DNA of 42,461 nt from a virus (taxonomy: Duplodnaviria > Caudoviricetes). The notes beneath the pieces were generated by a model. The model ran no database searches, was not told where the DNA came from, and saw nothing but the letters and a program-made list of their open reading frames with translations. The translations under genes and the position numbers were made by a program. The stretch lies in the IMG/VR virus record IMGVR_UViG_3300036798_000335, positions 1 to 42,461 of that record; one strand, given 5' to 3'. Shown one piece after another: positions 8,186 to 15,982 of the stretch; the first letter of the stretch is position 1; each line of letters starts with the position of its first letter.

Positions 8186-8282
8186 TCCCGACGACAGGGC
8201 TGCGGGAAGGAGAATCACCACAAAACCCAAACCGCCTCGAGGGTGAACCGGGTGATTCATCTCGAGTGCCCCGTCGTCAGGA
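8186..8282 (-). ncRNA. Candidate trans-acting antisense sRNA (three-way junction with anti-RBS loop)
   Basis: 15-bp closing stem (8186-8200 with 8268-8282) has two G-U pairs only on the minus strand. Two inner hairpins. Loop UUGUGGUGAUUCUCCUU is complementary to the early-gene RBS motif. Confidence 0.65.
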
Positions 8283-8295
8283 CGGCGGCAACCTA

Positions 8296-8643
8296 TCAGC
8301 TGTCAGCTGGATGCACTAATCGTGCGTACAGGGGAGCGAAGATCTTGAGCGGCAGGGTGACATACCACTCACCCGCGTCACCTCGCCTGAACCTCTTGTG
8401 CACAACGACGAAGAACGGGACCCCCTTCCTGGCTGCCTGCTTGGTTGTCTGGTCGACCCATCCCGCCAGGTCAGTGGCGTGCACCGTCTTCACCTGCACG
8501 CACAGGTCTTCGATGCCGTCGATGTCCCCGGTGTCCTGGTTGCCCTGCAGGGCAGCGCGGTGGCAGCCCGGGAACCAGGTCTTGAGGAAGGTGACGACCG
8601 CCGTCTCCCCCTCGGTGCCGATCTGCTTGGGCCGGCGCTTCAC
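8296..8643 (-). CDS. Holliday junction resolvase (Hjc-like PD-(D/E)XK)
   Basis: KQIGTEGETAVV, GNQDTGDI, CVQVK and VVVHKR...WYV motifs. Confidence 0.8.
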   Translation of the reverse strand: MKRRPKQIGTEGETAVVTFLKTWFPGCHRAALQGNQDTGDIDGIEDLCVQVKTVHATDLAGWVDQTTKQAARKGVPFFVVVHKRFRRGDAGEWYVTLPLKIFAPLYARLVHPADS

Positions 8644-8945
8644 TGCGCCACGCGGCGTCGAGGCAGAGGGGCTTCCAGGTGGATGGTCGCGTCCCGGGAC
8701 CGACGCCGAGCTGCCGCCGTCCGGGGGAGAGTGGTGGGCCTGGTCTCCTGGGCCTCGAGCCACTCCTGGACAGCTGAACGCCGGTAACGAACCTGGCGAG
8801 AGCTGATGGTGACGAACGGGGGCCCCGTGGCCGACCGCCGGCTACGCCACTCCCGCAGGGTGGTCACGGGCACTTGGAGCCACTCACTGACTTCCTGCGT
8901 CGTGAGTAGAGCACCCAAAACCTCTGGTTTCTTACTGCGAGACAC
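8640..8945 (-). CDS. Excisionase / AlpA-MerR-like HTH_17 protein
   Basis: LLTTQEVSEWLQVPVTTLREWR...GPPF...VRYRRSAVQEWL. Divergent from the integrase. AGGAGG RBS. Confidence 0.8.
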   Translation of the reverse strand: MSRSKKPEVLGALLTTQEVSEWLQVPVTTLREWRSRRSATGPPFVTISSRQVRYRRSAVQEWLEAQETRPTTLPRTAAARRRSRDATIHLEAPLPRRRVAQ

Positions 8946-8982
8946 TCTCACCCCTCCTAGCTGTCTCGCGCCGTGGTAGGCC

Positions 8983-9011
8983 ACGCTACGCTTCGCATCT
9001 GGGCCTGTAAA
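8983..9011 (-). promoter_or_regulatory. Sigma70/SigA-like promoter for the xis-replication operon
   Basis: Minus strand TTTACA-N17-TAGCGT upstream of xis. Confidence 0.5.
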
Positions 9012-9131
9012 GGGGGAAGGGGCCTTGCTTTTTTGGGGGGCATCAGAACCTCACCACCTCACGCTTAGTGGACCCCAGTCCCAGCTGGTACGGTGTTCAT
9101 TTGTGTTCAGTAATAAGGAGGAATCACCAAG

Positions 9132-10304
9132 ATGGAAACATCAGCCCTGCTCCCAGGGGTAACGCAGGTCGACGAGACCACCTACCGGGCCAGACCCTAC
9201 GGATCCAGAGGCGAGCGTCTGTGTCGGACGTTCCGGACGGCCGAAGAGGCCAACCAGTTCACCCTTTTGACAAGGGGGCTTGTCTCTCTGGGGCTGGCGG
9301 CTGAGGCCAACCCGGTGAGAGCCCGGCTGGACGCGACCTGGCAGGAGTGGCGTGCGAGCCGGGACAAACTCAACCTCTCGTCGGCTCGCTACCGCAGCTA
9401 TGACAACACCTATAACGCTTGGATCGAGCCCACCTTTAGCCGCTGCCGGTTGGACCAGATTGATGCACAAATGGTCGACGACTGGATTGACGCAATGAAT
9501 GGCAGTCACCTCGAGGCCAGTTCGGTTCGGAATAACGTCCAGGTATTCCGTCAGTTCCTGACGTGGGCGGTCGGGCGAAAGAAGTTCAATCCGGCCGAGC
9601 TGGTCGCCATCAAAAGCCTCGAGCTGCCCGAGGTGATCGAGTCCCCGTACATCCCACTGACGGTGGAGGAGGTGGAGGCCTGGACCGCGGCCATGCGGCC
9701 CCCCGAAGCCATCGCCATCGTGCTCGGTCGCTTCACCGGGATGCGCCCCTCGGAGGTCCGAGGCCTGTGCGTGGAGCGCACCGACTTCCTACGCCGGCAG
9801 CTCCACGTCCACTGGCAGCATGACCACAATCCGACGTTGGGCCACCACCTCCGCCCGGTCAAGGTCAAGACCAAGGCGGGTACTCGCACCTTGCCCATTC
9901 AGGAGTCCCTCCTGGAGGCTCTCAGCGCCCATCTGAGCCGCTTCCCGGGTCAGTACCGCAAGACCATCCACGTCGACCGTAGAGACCGTCAGACGGCGCA
10001 GAACGTCCGCTTCATCATGGGCCCGATCACCGGGTCAACCTTCGGCTTTCGAGCGGCTGCGGTAGCCGAGCGCATCGGCCTCAACGCCCTGCGGGCTAAG
10101 CGGGTAACTCTGCACGATCTACGCCACCACTTCGCCACCGAGGCCTTGGCCCACCACGCCTCCATCCCCGAGGTGGCCGAGGCGTTGGGCGACACCATCG
10201 AGACCGTGGCCAACACCTACGCCCACGCCAAAGCCCGCCCTGGTGAGCCCTGGCAGGACCGGGTAGCCCGGGAGCAGGGTGAGGCGCGGGTAAATCATGG
10301 GTAA
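9132..10304 (+). CDS. int: Tyrosine integrase
   Basis: TGMRPSEVRGL (Arg), HDLRH (HxxR), LGD...NTYAH (Tyr) and a SAM-like middle domain. AAGGAGG RBS. Confidence 0.92.
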   Translation: METSALLPGVTQVDETTYRARPYGSRGERLCRTFRTAEEANQFTLLTRGLVSLGLAAEANPVRARLDATWQEWRASRDKLNLSSARYRSYDNTYNAWIEPTFSRCRLDQIDAQMVDDWIDAMNGSHLEASSVRNNVQVFRQFLTWAVGRKKFNPAELVAIKSLELPEVIESPYIPLTVEEVEAWTAAMRPPEAIAIVLGRFTGMRPSEVRGLCVERTDFLRRQLHVHWQHDHNPTLGHHLRPVKVKTKAGTRTLPIQESLLEALSAHLSRFPGQYRKTIHVDRRDRQTAQNVRFIMGPITGSTFGFRAAAVAERIGLNALRAKRVTLHDLRHHFATEALAHHASIPEVAEALGDTIETVANTYAHAKARPGEPWQDRVAREQGEARVNHG

Positions 10305-10505
10305 AAAGGTGTTCACTAGTGGCCATACTCCCTGGTCACAGCGTTATGCCAAAAGTTCACCGAGAACTTTTGTATCCCGCTGGGGGCAAGCCTCCTACCA
10401 GGGGAAACGTGGACTGACCAGCACGTATGTTCGTCTACGTCGAAGGTGGACGCCGTGGATCTAAGGGGGTCGAAGGGTGAGACGTGGGTAAATCCATGGG
10501 TAAAT
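10288..10505. other. Candidate attP region
   Basis: Paired GGGTAAA arm-type repeats (10288-10305, 10485-10505) flank the inverted repeat AAAAGTTC-N5-GAACTTTT (10351-10371) and the tRNA-3'-like ATCCCGCTGGGGGCA (10374-10388). Lies just downstream of int. Confidence 0.6.
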
Positions 10506-10605
10506 GGGCGATGAGCTGGGCCACCCGCCGGATGACGGATTCGTCGGGCGGGTCGAGGCCTTCGATCAGCCTCCCGCCCCAGTAGCGAACCTCGTCAGCG
10601 GTCAC
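10435..10605 (-). CDS. Hypothetical protein
   Basis: GGAGG upstream of GTG 10605. The 3' part overlaps the attP arm repeats. Confidence 0.35.
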   Translation of the reverse strand: MTADEVRYWGGRLIEGLDPPDESVIRRVAQLIAHLPMDLPTSHPSTPLDPRRPPST

Positions 10606-10774
10606 GGACTCGGTCCTCCACGATGGCGTCCTCCCACTGGTAGCCCAGGGCCCAGCCCTCGCACAGCTCATCACCGCAGTCGCAGGGCTGCGCGTACCGG
10701 CCCCACTGGTGCAGGATGGCCACCGTCACCCTCGAGCGGCGGGCGTAGGCAGCCTCGAACTCGTCAGCGGTCAT
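10595..10774 (-). CDS. Small Cys-containing hypothetical protein
   Basis: MTADEFEAAYA...PCDCGDELCEGW; GGAG RBS. Confidence 0.6.
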   Translation of the reverse strand: MTADEFEAAYARRSRVTVAILHQWGRYAQPCDCGDELCEGWALGYQWEDAIVEDRVRDR

Positions 10775-11348
10775 CCGGGTCTCCCGGTGGGGGCCACTCG
10801 TCCGCACCGGGCACCTCCTTGGTCAGAGAGGGGTGGTCGTCCCGGGCTCGAGCCTGTCGTCGGCGCCGTCGGTTGATCAGCAGCTGACCCACCCCGGTAC
10901 CGAACGCCACCCCGCCCACGAAGGCCGGCAGGATGCCCCACCACCGGGTTAGGGCGACCACGGTGGCAGCCACGGCCCACAGCAGTCCGCCGGCCAGCAC
11001 CAGCCACCAGGGCAGCGCAGGATGGAAGAGGAAGGCGTTGTTGTACCGGGTGAGCAACCGTCGCTGCTCGGCCACCATGCGCTGGTGACCCAGGATGGCT
11101 TCGGCCTCGATGGCGTAGCGCTGCTGGTTCTGATCGAAGACCCCGCCGAACACCATGGTCTCGAAAATGATAGGCGTGTGCACACCGAACGCGAAGGAGT
11201 GGTCTAGGCCCAGCCACACGGTGGATACCCACACTCGTTTACCGACCTGGGTGGACCTGATCCGCTTGTAATGGTCGTTCTGCAGTAGAGCCCATTCCAT
11301 TATTTCGATGGGTTCACCCTGACGGTCGTAATAGAACCACTCAGTCAT
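10764..11348 (-). CDS. Conserved phage domain (VSTVWLGLDH...FETMVF) with C-terminal TM helices
   Basis: Recognisable phage motif plus two hydrophobic segments. Confidence 0.65.
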   Translation of the reverse strand: MTEWFYYDRQGEPIEIMEWALLQNDHYKRIRSTQVGKRVWVSTVWLGLDHSFAFGVHTPIIFETMVFGGVFDQNQQRYAIEAEAILGHQRMVAEQRRLLTRYNNAFLFHPALPWWLVLAGGLLWAVAATVVALTRWWGILPAFVGGVAFGTGVGQLLINRRRRRQARARDDHPSLTKEVPGADEWPPPGDPDDR

Positions 11349-11349
11349 T

Positions 11350-12204
11350 TCACTCAGGGATGGGGAACTCTTCGCGAACGGATCCCCCGTATTTCCACAT
11401 GACCTGAACCATGTCTTCTCCGGCCCGCCACAGGTTCCAGGTCTTGGCCACTAGAGCGGCCTCGCGCCAGTCGGGCATATGGCCAACCCGGCCGCTACGG
11501 CGCGAGTTGAGCAGTTGATTGCGAGCCGACAACCGAGGATCGCCGGCCTTCAGGCTCCCCGTTCGCATGCCATCCCAGAACTCTCTGGCGTCCCCGGCGT
11601 TGAGGAGCACGGTGCGGCGGTAGATGCAGGCCCCACAGGACGGGCGTAGAGGCACGACCTTCATGAAGCGCTGCACCCATACCACCGCCTCCCGGTAGGT
11701 GTCGGCATCGCCGGCATCGAACAGATCCAGCATCTGGGAGATGGTGATGCGGTCCCGGCTGCGGTCAAAGGTCACTTGGCGCTCGGGGTCGGCTTCGGTG
11801 CGGCGTAGACGTAGCTCCCAGCGTAGACAGCCGGCCAGGGCGGTGACGTTGATCTCCCCTCGCAGCTTGAGGGCGTCGGCCATCTGGCGGGTCAGGCCGG
11901 TGTCCATGATGTTCTGGGCCGCGGTGGGCAGGTGGCGCAGCACCACCAGGGGCAGCGTCTGTTCCGAGATCACGATGGCGGTCAGGCGGTGCTGGCCGTT
12001 GAGGAGGTGCCCGTCCTGGTCGAAGGTGATGGCGTCGTTGCTCAGTCGCCACTCGCCCCGGTTGATGATGCCGATCCAGTAGATGACCCGGTCCTCCCGC
12101 AGTCGGCGGTTGTGGAGTTGCGTGCCCAGGTACTTATCGGCTATGGCCGGGGTGACGTTCTCGATGCGAACACTGGGCTTGGGGGTGGGCTTGGTGGTGG
12201 TCAT
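11350..12204 (-). CDS. ParB/Srx-like N-terminal domain protein
   Basis: VTPAIADKYL..HNRRL...DAITFDQDGHLLNGQHRLTA motif. GAGGAGG RBS. Confidence 0.75.
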   Translation of the reverse strand: MTTTKPTPKPSVRIENVTPAIADKYLGTQLHNRRLREDRVIYWIGIINRGEWRLSNDAITFDQDGHLLNGQHRLTAIVISEQTLPLVVLRHLPTAAQNIMDTGLTRQMADALKLRGEINVTALAGCLRWELRLRRTEADPERQVTFDRSRDRITISQMLDLFDAGDADTYREAVVWVQRFMKVVPLRPSCGACIYRRTVLLNAGDAREFWDGMRTGSLKAGDPRLSARNQLLNSRRSGRVGHMPDWREAALVAKTWNLWRAGEDMVQVMWKYGGSVREEFPIPE

Positions 12205-12527
12205 GCCACTTCCTCCTCGAAACTGCCGATAGCGTGGGCTTTGGTCAGTCGTGACCGGATTCGTTCGTACATGGCGGCTCGCAGCTCATCCCGGGTGGGC
12301 GTCTCGTCCCGGGCCATGTGGTAGCCCTCGATGTAGACATAACGACGGGAGTTGACGCGACCCAGCCGATCAATGATGTCGTGTCGTTCCGACGTGCAGC
12401 GGGTGCACTGCAGGGACAGTCGCCAGCCGTACAGGGGTGTCCCCATGTCGTCGGGATAGAACTGGTCCCAGGCGTGGCCCAAGGTACGGCACATCTCCAT
12501 GTCAGCAGCTACGGCGCTCTTCGGCAT
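12201..12527 (-). CDS. Actinophage-type Zn-binding hypothetical protein
   Basis: CRTLGHAW...CTRC...R.Y.Y..GY. GGAGG RBS. Confidence 0.65.
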   Translation of the reverse strand: MPKSAVAADMEMCRTLGHAWDQFYPDDMGTPLYGWRLSLQCTRCTSERHDIIDRLGRVNSRRYVYIEGYHMARDETPTRDELRAAMYERIRSRLTKAHAIGSFEEEVA

Positions 12528-12699
12528 CCTCTCACCCTCCCCGTGGTCAAAAAACCGCCCCCCGCCTAGGAAAACAAGGGGCCTTCACTCCTATTCCTGT
12601 GCTAGCACCTCCATGGGAGATCGAAGTGCAACGCTGTGTGTCAGTGTGGCACGAAGAGTAGTACCACCGAGGAGGCACTGGGGGAATAGGAGAACCAGC

Positions 12700-12906
12700 G
12701 TGGCTGACGCACTTGTCAAGCGTCTAGTGGGACTCGACCATGAGGTAAGCGCCACCCAGGCCTACTTAACCGTGGTCACCAACGAACGGCGACGGATCAT
12801 GTCCATGCTCTACAGCGAGATGGGCTTCAGCAAGGCCCAGCTGGCCCGCGAGACTGGTAAGTCGGTGCAGCGCATCAGCCAGATCTTGAACGGTACCGCC
12901 CACTAG
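12700..12906 (+). CDS. HTH DNA-binding protein (repressor/Cro-like candidate)
   Basis: AGGAG RBS then GTG. GFSKAQLARETGKSVQRISQIL is an HTH. Divergent from the 12527 operon. Confidence 0.7.
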   Translation: MADALVKRLVGLDHEVSATQAYLTVVTNERRRIMSMLYSEMGFSKAQLARETGKSVQRISQILNGTAH

Positions 12907-12929
12907 AAAGGGGAGTCCATTTCCCAGAT

Positions 12930-13148
12930 GTAGGCGCCGGGTCACTGTCCCGGTAGTGACCCGGGTGAGCTGGATCCCCAGCCCGGCTCCCCGGGTCCGC
13001 CTACCAGGTCGAGCCTCGCCGCGCCGAGCGTCTTCAGTGGTCCAATCAGCCATGCGAGGAGCGGCGGGGCTCGTCAGATCGCTGGTCCCGGGTGGAGAGG
13101 TCCAGATGGCCTCGCTGCCTGCGCCGTAGCACCACCCGGGACCAGCGA
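12930..13148 (+). ncRNA. Candidate multi-domain structured RNA
   Basis: Four-way junction at 12930-13004. 12-bp stem 13011-13022/13061-13072 with a G-U on the + strand. Perfect 17-bp stem 13079-13095/13132-13148 enclosing two hairpins. Intergenic. Confidence 0.55.
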
Positions 13149-13194
13149 CAACCCCGTCAGACATTTGGTAAGACATTTTCAAATAGGGGGACGT

Positions 13195-13509
13195 ATGCAG
13201 GGTGCCAGCCGGATCGATGAGCTGACCTACCGGACGGTGTTCATGACCGCCATCGAGGAGGACCGCTGTGCCGAGGTGGCCCAGGCGTTCTGGGATCACC
13301 GGGGGGTGGCCCTGGCCGACGGGCGGCTCGAGGTGGAGGCCCCGCCGGCTCGCACCCTGCAGGGCTACCCGGTGTGCGACTGGTCGGACCAGGAGGTCCC
13401 GCCCGGCTCGATGGTGTCACCCATGCGGGCCCACTGTCCGGTCTGCGAGGTGCCCCGGTACGTCAAGATGGACGGGCGGTTCGGACGTCATCCGATCCGG
13501 GTGAGGTGA
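13195..13509 (+). CDS. Hypothetical protein with Cys/His Zn motif
   Basis: AGGGGG RBS; C...CPVC...GRFGRH. Confidence 0.6.
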   Translation: MQGASRIDELTYRTVFMTAIEEDRCAEVAQAFWDHRGVALADGRLEVEAPPARTLQGYPVCDWSDQEVPPGSMVSPMRAHCPVCEVPRYVKMDGRFGRHPIRVR

Positions 13510-13936
13510 TGGAGGATGGAACGACTGTGGTTCCGCTTTCGGATGTGGCTGGCGGATCTGATTCAGGGGAAGCGGTATGGCTGAGATCCTCCCCTCCCAG
13601 GGGCGTGGGAGGGTGGTAAGCGGGGAAGTCCAGGGGAAGACCAACCGTGGCAGGTTCGCCCCCCTGGGCCTCCCCGTCGAGCTGGACGTCCTGTTGGACT
13701 TGGCCCGCCCGCCGCTGCCGGCGTCGAGCTTCTCGGGGGGTGTGGTTGGTGACAGGCCGACCGCGGCCGCGCCGGTTGGGCAGCCACCGCACGATGGTGG
13801 ACCGCTTCCAGTACGGCGCTCGGGCGATGCGCCCGTCGGGCGGGGGGAGCGCCCGACGGGCCACCAGGTTGGTGACGGCATTGGGGTGGACGCCTAGTAG
13901 GTCGGCCACCTCTTGACGGGACAGGTAGTCAGGCAT
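13463..13936 (-). CDS. AlpA/MerR-like HTH protein
   Basis: YLSRQEVADLLGVHPNAV...LPPPDGRIARAPYWKRSTIVRW. AAGGA RBS. The C-terminal extension is uncertain. Confidence 0.7.
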   Translation of the reverse strand: MPDYLSRQEVADLLGVHPNAVTNLVARRALPPPDGRIARAPYWKRSTIVRWLPNRRGRGRPVTNHTPREARRRQRRAGQVQQDVQLDGEAQGGEPATVGLPLDFPAYHPPTPLGGEDLSHTASPESDPPATSESGTTVVPSSITSPGSDDVRTARPS

Positions 13937-14144
13937 GGTCGTCGTCCTTCTCTACTCGGATCAGATACCACCCCGAGGGCGTTGTGATCCCGAACATGGC
14001 GAGGTAGTTGCCCGCATCATCGACCAGCGCCTGTACTTGAAAAAAGCTCCCCTCAGCCTGGGCCCGCATCGCGAGCCCGATCAATGAGCCGACCAGGAGC
14101 GCGTGGTCGGCATCGAGGGGTAGCGCCGCGTCTCGATCAGGCAT
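13929..14144 (-). CDS. Hypothetical protein
   Basis: GGAG RBS before ATG 14144; overlaps its neighbours in operon fashion. Confidence 0.55.
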   Translation of the reverse strand: MPDRDAALPLDADHALLVGSLIGLAMRAQAEGSFFQVQALVDDAGNYLAMFGITTPSGWYLIRVEKDDDHA

Positions 14145-14349
14145 CGTCGGCTCCAGAACTGTCGTTCTGTACTGGTCGCACAATCAGCTTGTGACCCGTG
14201 CGGCGCCCGTAGGCGGTACGGGTGCGAAGCAACCACCCTTTGAACGCTGGGTCCGTTACGGGTCCACGTTCGGTGCAGTAGACCTCTCCAGTCTCAGCAT
14301 CGACAATCTCGACCCGCTCAGATTCGGCGTTCTGCGTGGGCTCAGCCAT
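14137..14349 (-). CDS. Hypothetical protein (..TQNAES...QNDSSG.. end-motif family)
   Basis: AAGGAG RBS. Shares end motifs with the 1958-2903 ORFs. Confidence 0.6.
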   Translation of the reverse strand: MAEPTQNAESERVEIVDAETGEVYCTERGPVTDPAFKGWLLRTRTAYGRRTGHKLIVRPVQNDSSGADDA

Positions 14350-14488
14350 TGACCGACTCCTTGCCGCGCCCCCGGTGAGCCAGGAAGATGACCAGCCAGA
14401 CCACCAGCCCCACCCCGACCAGGGGTAGAGCGGTGGCAGCCGGGATGCCGGTGTTGGCCCAGAGCAGGAACAGAATGATGATGTTCAT
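14342..14488 (-). CDS. Small membrane protein (48 aa; not in the ORF track)
   Basis: AAAGGAGAATCATCAC-ATG start motif; MNIIILFLLW...LPLVGVGLVVWLVIFLA. Confidence 0.65.
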   Translation of the reverse strand: MNIIILFLLWANTGIPAATALPLVGVGLVVWLVIFLAHRGRGKESVNG

Positions 14489-14673
14489 GTGATGATTCTC
14501 CTTTCGGTGGGCACCGTGTCGGTGCCGCGTTTCAAATGGTCGTGTCGATTGGTGTGAGCCGTGATCTTCCCGGTCACGTAGGGGCGGATGTAGATGACTC
14601 TCTCGGCCCGCCCGTCGCCGGGGCAGACGATCACGTCGCCCCGGCGCAGGTCCTTCCAGCGGACGTCTTCCAC
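14485..14673 (-). CDS. Small hypothetical protein (SH3/KOW-like pattern)
   Basis: DLRRGDVIV pattern; stop/start overlaps. Confidence 0.5.
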   Translation of the reverse strand: MEDVRWKDLRRGDVIVCPGDGRAERVIYIRPYVTGKITAHTNRHDHLKRGTDTVPTERRIIT

Positions 14674-14954
14674 TAGCGGGGGTGCTGGTCGATGTAGTCA
14701 GCCAGCCGCCTCAGCTGATCGGCCTGGCTCCCACGTCCTTCAGGTCCCGGCCCGATGATGAGATCCAGCAGGTCAGCGTGGATCACGCTGACGGGTGGGC
14801 CATCTAGGTCGCAGTTACGGGCGTGGTCGAATGAGTAGCTGTAGCAGTCGGACCAGTCGACTTCGATGGTCAGGTGGCCGCTCTCCTCACCGTTAATCCA
14901 GACCAGGGGCTGGAACAGTGAACTGATGCCGGTCTCGCGGCTCATCAGATCCAC
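14673..14954 (-). CDS. Hypothetical protein
   Basis: Operon-coupled ORF; start codon uncertain. Confidence 0.5.
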   Translation of the reverse strand: MDLMSRETGISSLFQPLVWINGEESGHLTIEVDWSDCYSYSFDHARNCDLDGPPVSVIHADLLDLIIGPGPEGRGSQADQLRRLADYIDQHPR

Positions 14955-15154
14955 CCATTCTGTTCTTCGAGGACGTCGACCAGCTCCAGGGCCAGGGCGG
15001 CCACCCGGTAGGGGCGGTCCTCGACGTCAGCGGCGTTGCGGATCTCCCCGCACAACCGCAGCACTTCAGCGGTCATGTCGAGGTGGCGCTGGACCGCTTC
15101 GCTCTCGCCATCGATGTAGGCCTGGCGGGCGGCGGATGAAACAGGTTGGTACAT
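14945..15154 (-). CDS. Hypothetical early protein
   Basis: AAAGGAGAAAACCACC-ATG start motif. Confidence 0.65.
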   Translation of the reverse strand: MYQPVSSAARQAYIDGESEAVQRHLDMTAEVLRLCGEIRNAADVEDRPYRVAALALELVDVLEEQNGWI

Positions 15155-15178
15155 GGTGGTTTTCTCCTTTGGTTGATT

Positions 15179-15235
15179 GGTGCTGAGTGCACCGGAAACC
15201 CCTTAGCAGCGTAAAGGGGAATCCGCTGATCTCAG
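15179..15235 (-). promoter_or_regulatory. Conserved intergenic hairpin H1
   Basis: CTGAG-ATCAG-CGGA-TT-CCCCTT..AAGGGG-TT-TCCG-GTGCA-CTCAG-CACC; nearly identical to H2. Confidence 0.75.
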
Positions 15236-15414
15236 TAGTGGCGTAGCTGCTCACCTCGTTGCAACCGGCGCAGCTCATAGCCTCGCAGCTTCCTACACTT
15301 CATCCACAGTCGGCGCTGCTCACCGTGGTCAGTGCAGTAGACGAATCCGTGATCGTCGATATGAGTGACCGGCTTATCGCAGGTCTCTTCCATGTCGCAG
15401 CGTAGGTCAGCCAC
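15232..15414 (-). CDS. Small Cys/His-rich hypothetical protein
   Basis: CDM..TC...HID..GFVYC..H. The stop codon lies in the base of H1. Confidence 0.55.
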   Translation of the reverse strand: MADLRCDMEETCDKPVTHIDDHGFVYCTDHGEQRRLWMKCRKLRGYELRRLQRGEQLRHY

Positions 15415-15982
15415 GCCACGCCACCCAAGCGATGGCCTGGCACTGGGCCGGGGCGATCCCGAAGTAATCGGCCACGCTGGTGTACACATCGACGATGTGC
15501 TCATAGGCGCCTTTGCGGTCCAGCACCTTCCGGGTGGTGTCATCGCCCTTGAATCCGAGGGCAGCGTCAATGGCGTGGCGGTCGATACAGACCGTGTCAG
15601 CCAAAGGGCTGACAATGCAAGCGTAGAATGAGCGGACCTTGGCTCCGCTGAGCACGTCGCCGGGATGCTCACCGGCCGCGATGCGCAGTGCCTTGCGTTT
15701 ATTGCTGAGCAGTACCGGCGCATCACCGGTCCGAAAGATCCGGTGCGCGTACTCCAGATTCAAACGCCAGGCCAACCGGGGGGACAGGGCGGCGATGACA
15801 CCAGCCGCACACTCGACGGTTACCGAGTACTGCTCAGCCATGCTCACGGCGGCGGAGTGAGCGGAAGCGTACCAGTAGGTACCTTCCTGCCAGGCCGAGT
15901 CATCAGCCGATTCCAGCAGGCTGATCAATCGGCCGACCATTTCGTCGCGGTCGAGTACGACCGTGACCTCTATGGCAGTCAT
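15407..15982 (-). CDS. Conserved phage protein with HhH-GPD/glycosylase-like pattern (DUF7178-like)
   Basis: WY..AH, AAGVIAALSP..W..N, KVRSFY, VCIDRHA and QAIAW motifs. Strong RBS motif. Confidence 0.65.
   Translation of the reverse strand: MTAIEVTVVLDRDEMVGRLISLLESADDSAWQEGTYWYASAHSAAVSMAEQYSVTVECAAGVIAALSPRLAWRLNLEYAHRIFRTGDAPVLLSNKRKALRIAAGEHPGDVLSGAKVRSFYACIVSPLADTVCIDRHAIDAALGFKGDDTTRKVLDRKGAYEHIVDVYTSVADYFGIAPAQCQAIAWVAWRG

Noticed and set aside
12930-13004. Cloverleaf as a tRNA gene
   Set aside because: No TTCRA T-loop, no 7-nt anticodon loop, wrong arm lengths and no CCA.
13577-13897. + strand ORF MAEILPSQ...
   Set aside because: It lies antisense within the better-supported HTH gene 13463..13936 and has no recognisable motif.
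15179-15235. Hammerhead ribozyme (CTGA...GAAA on the + strand)
   Set aside because: The CUGANGA core and stem order do not fit, and it is opposite to the transcribed strand.
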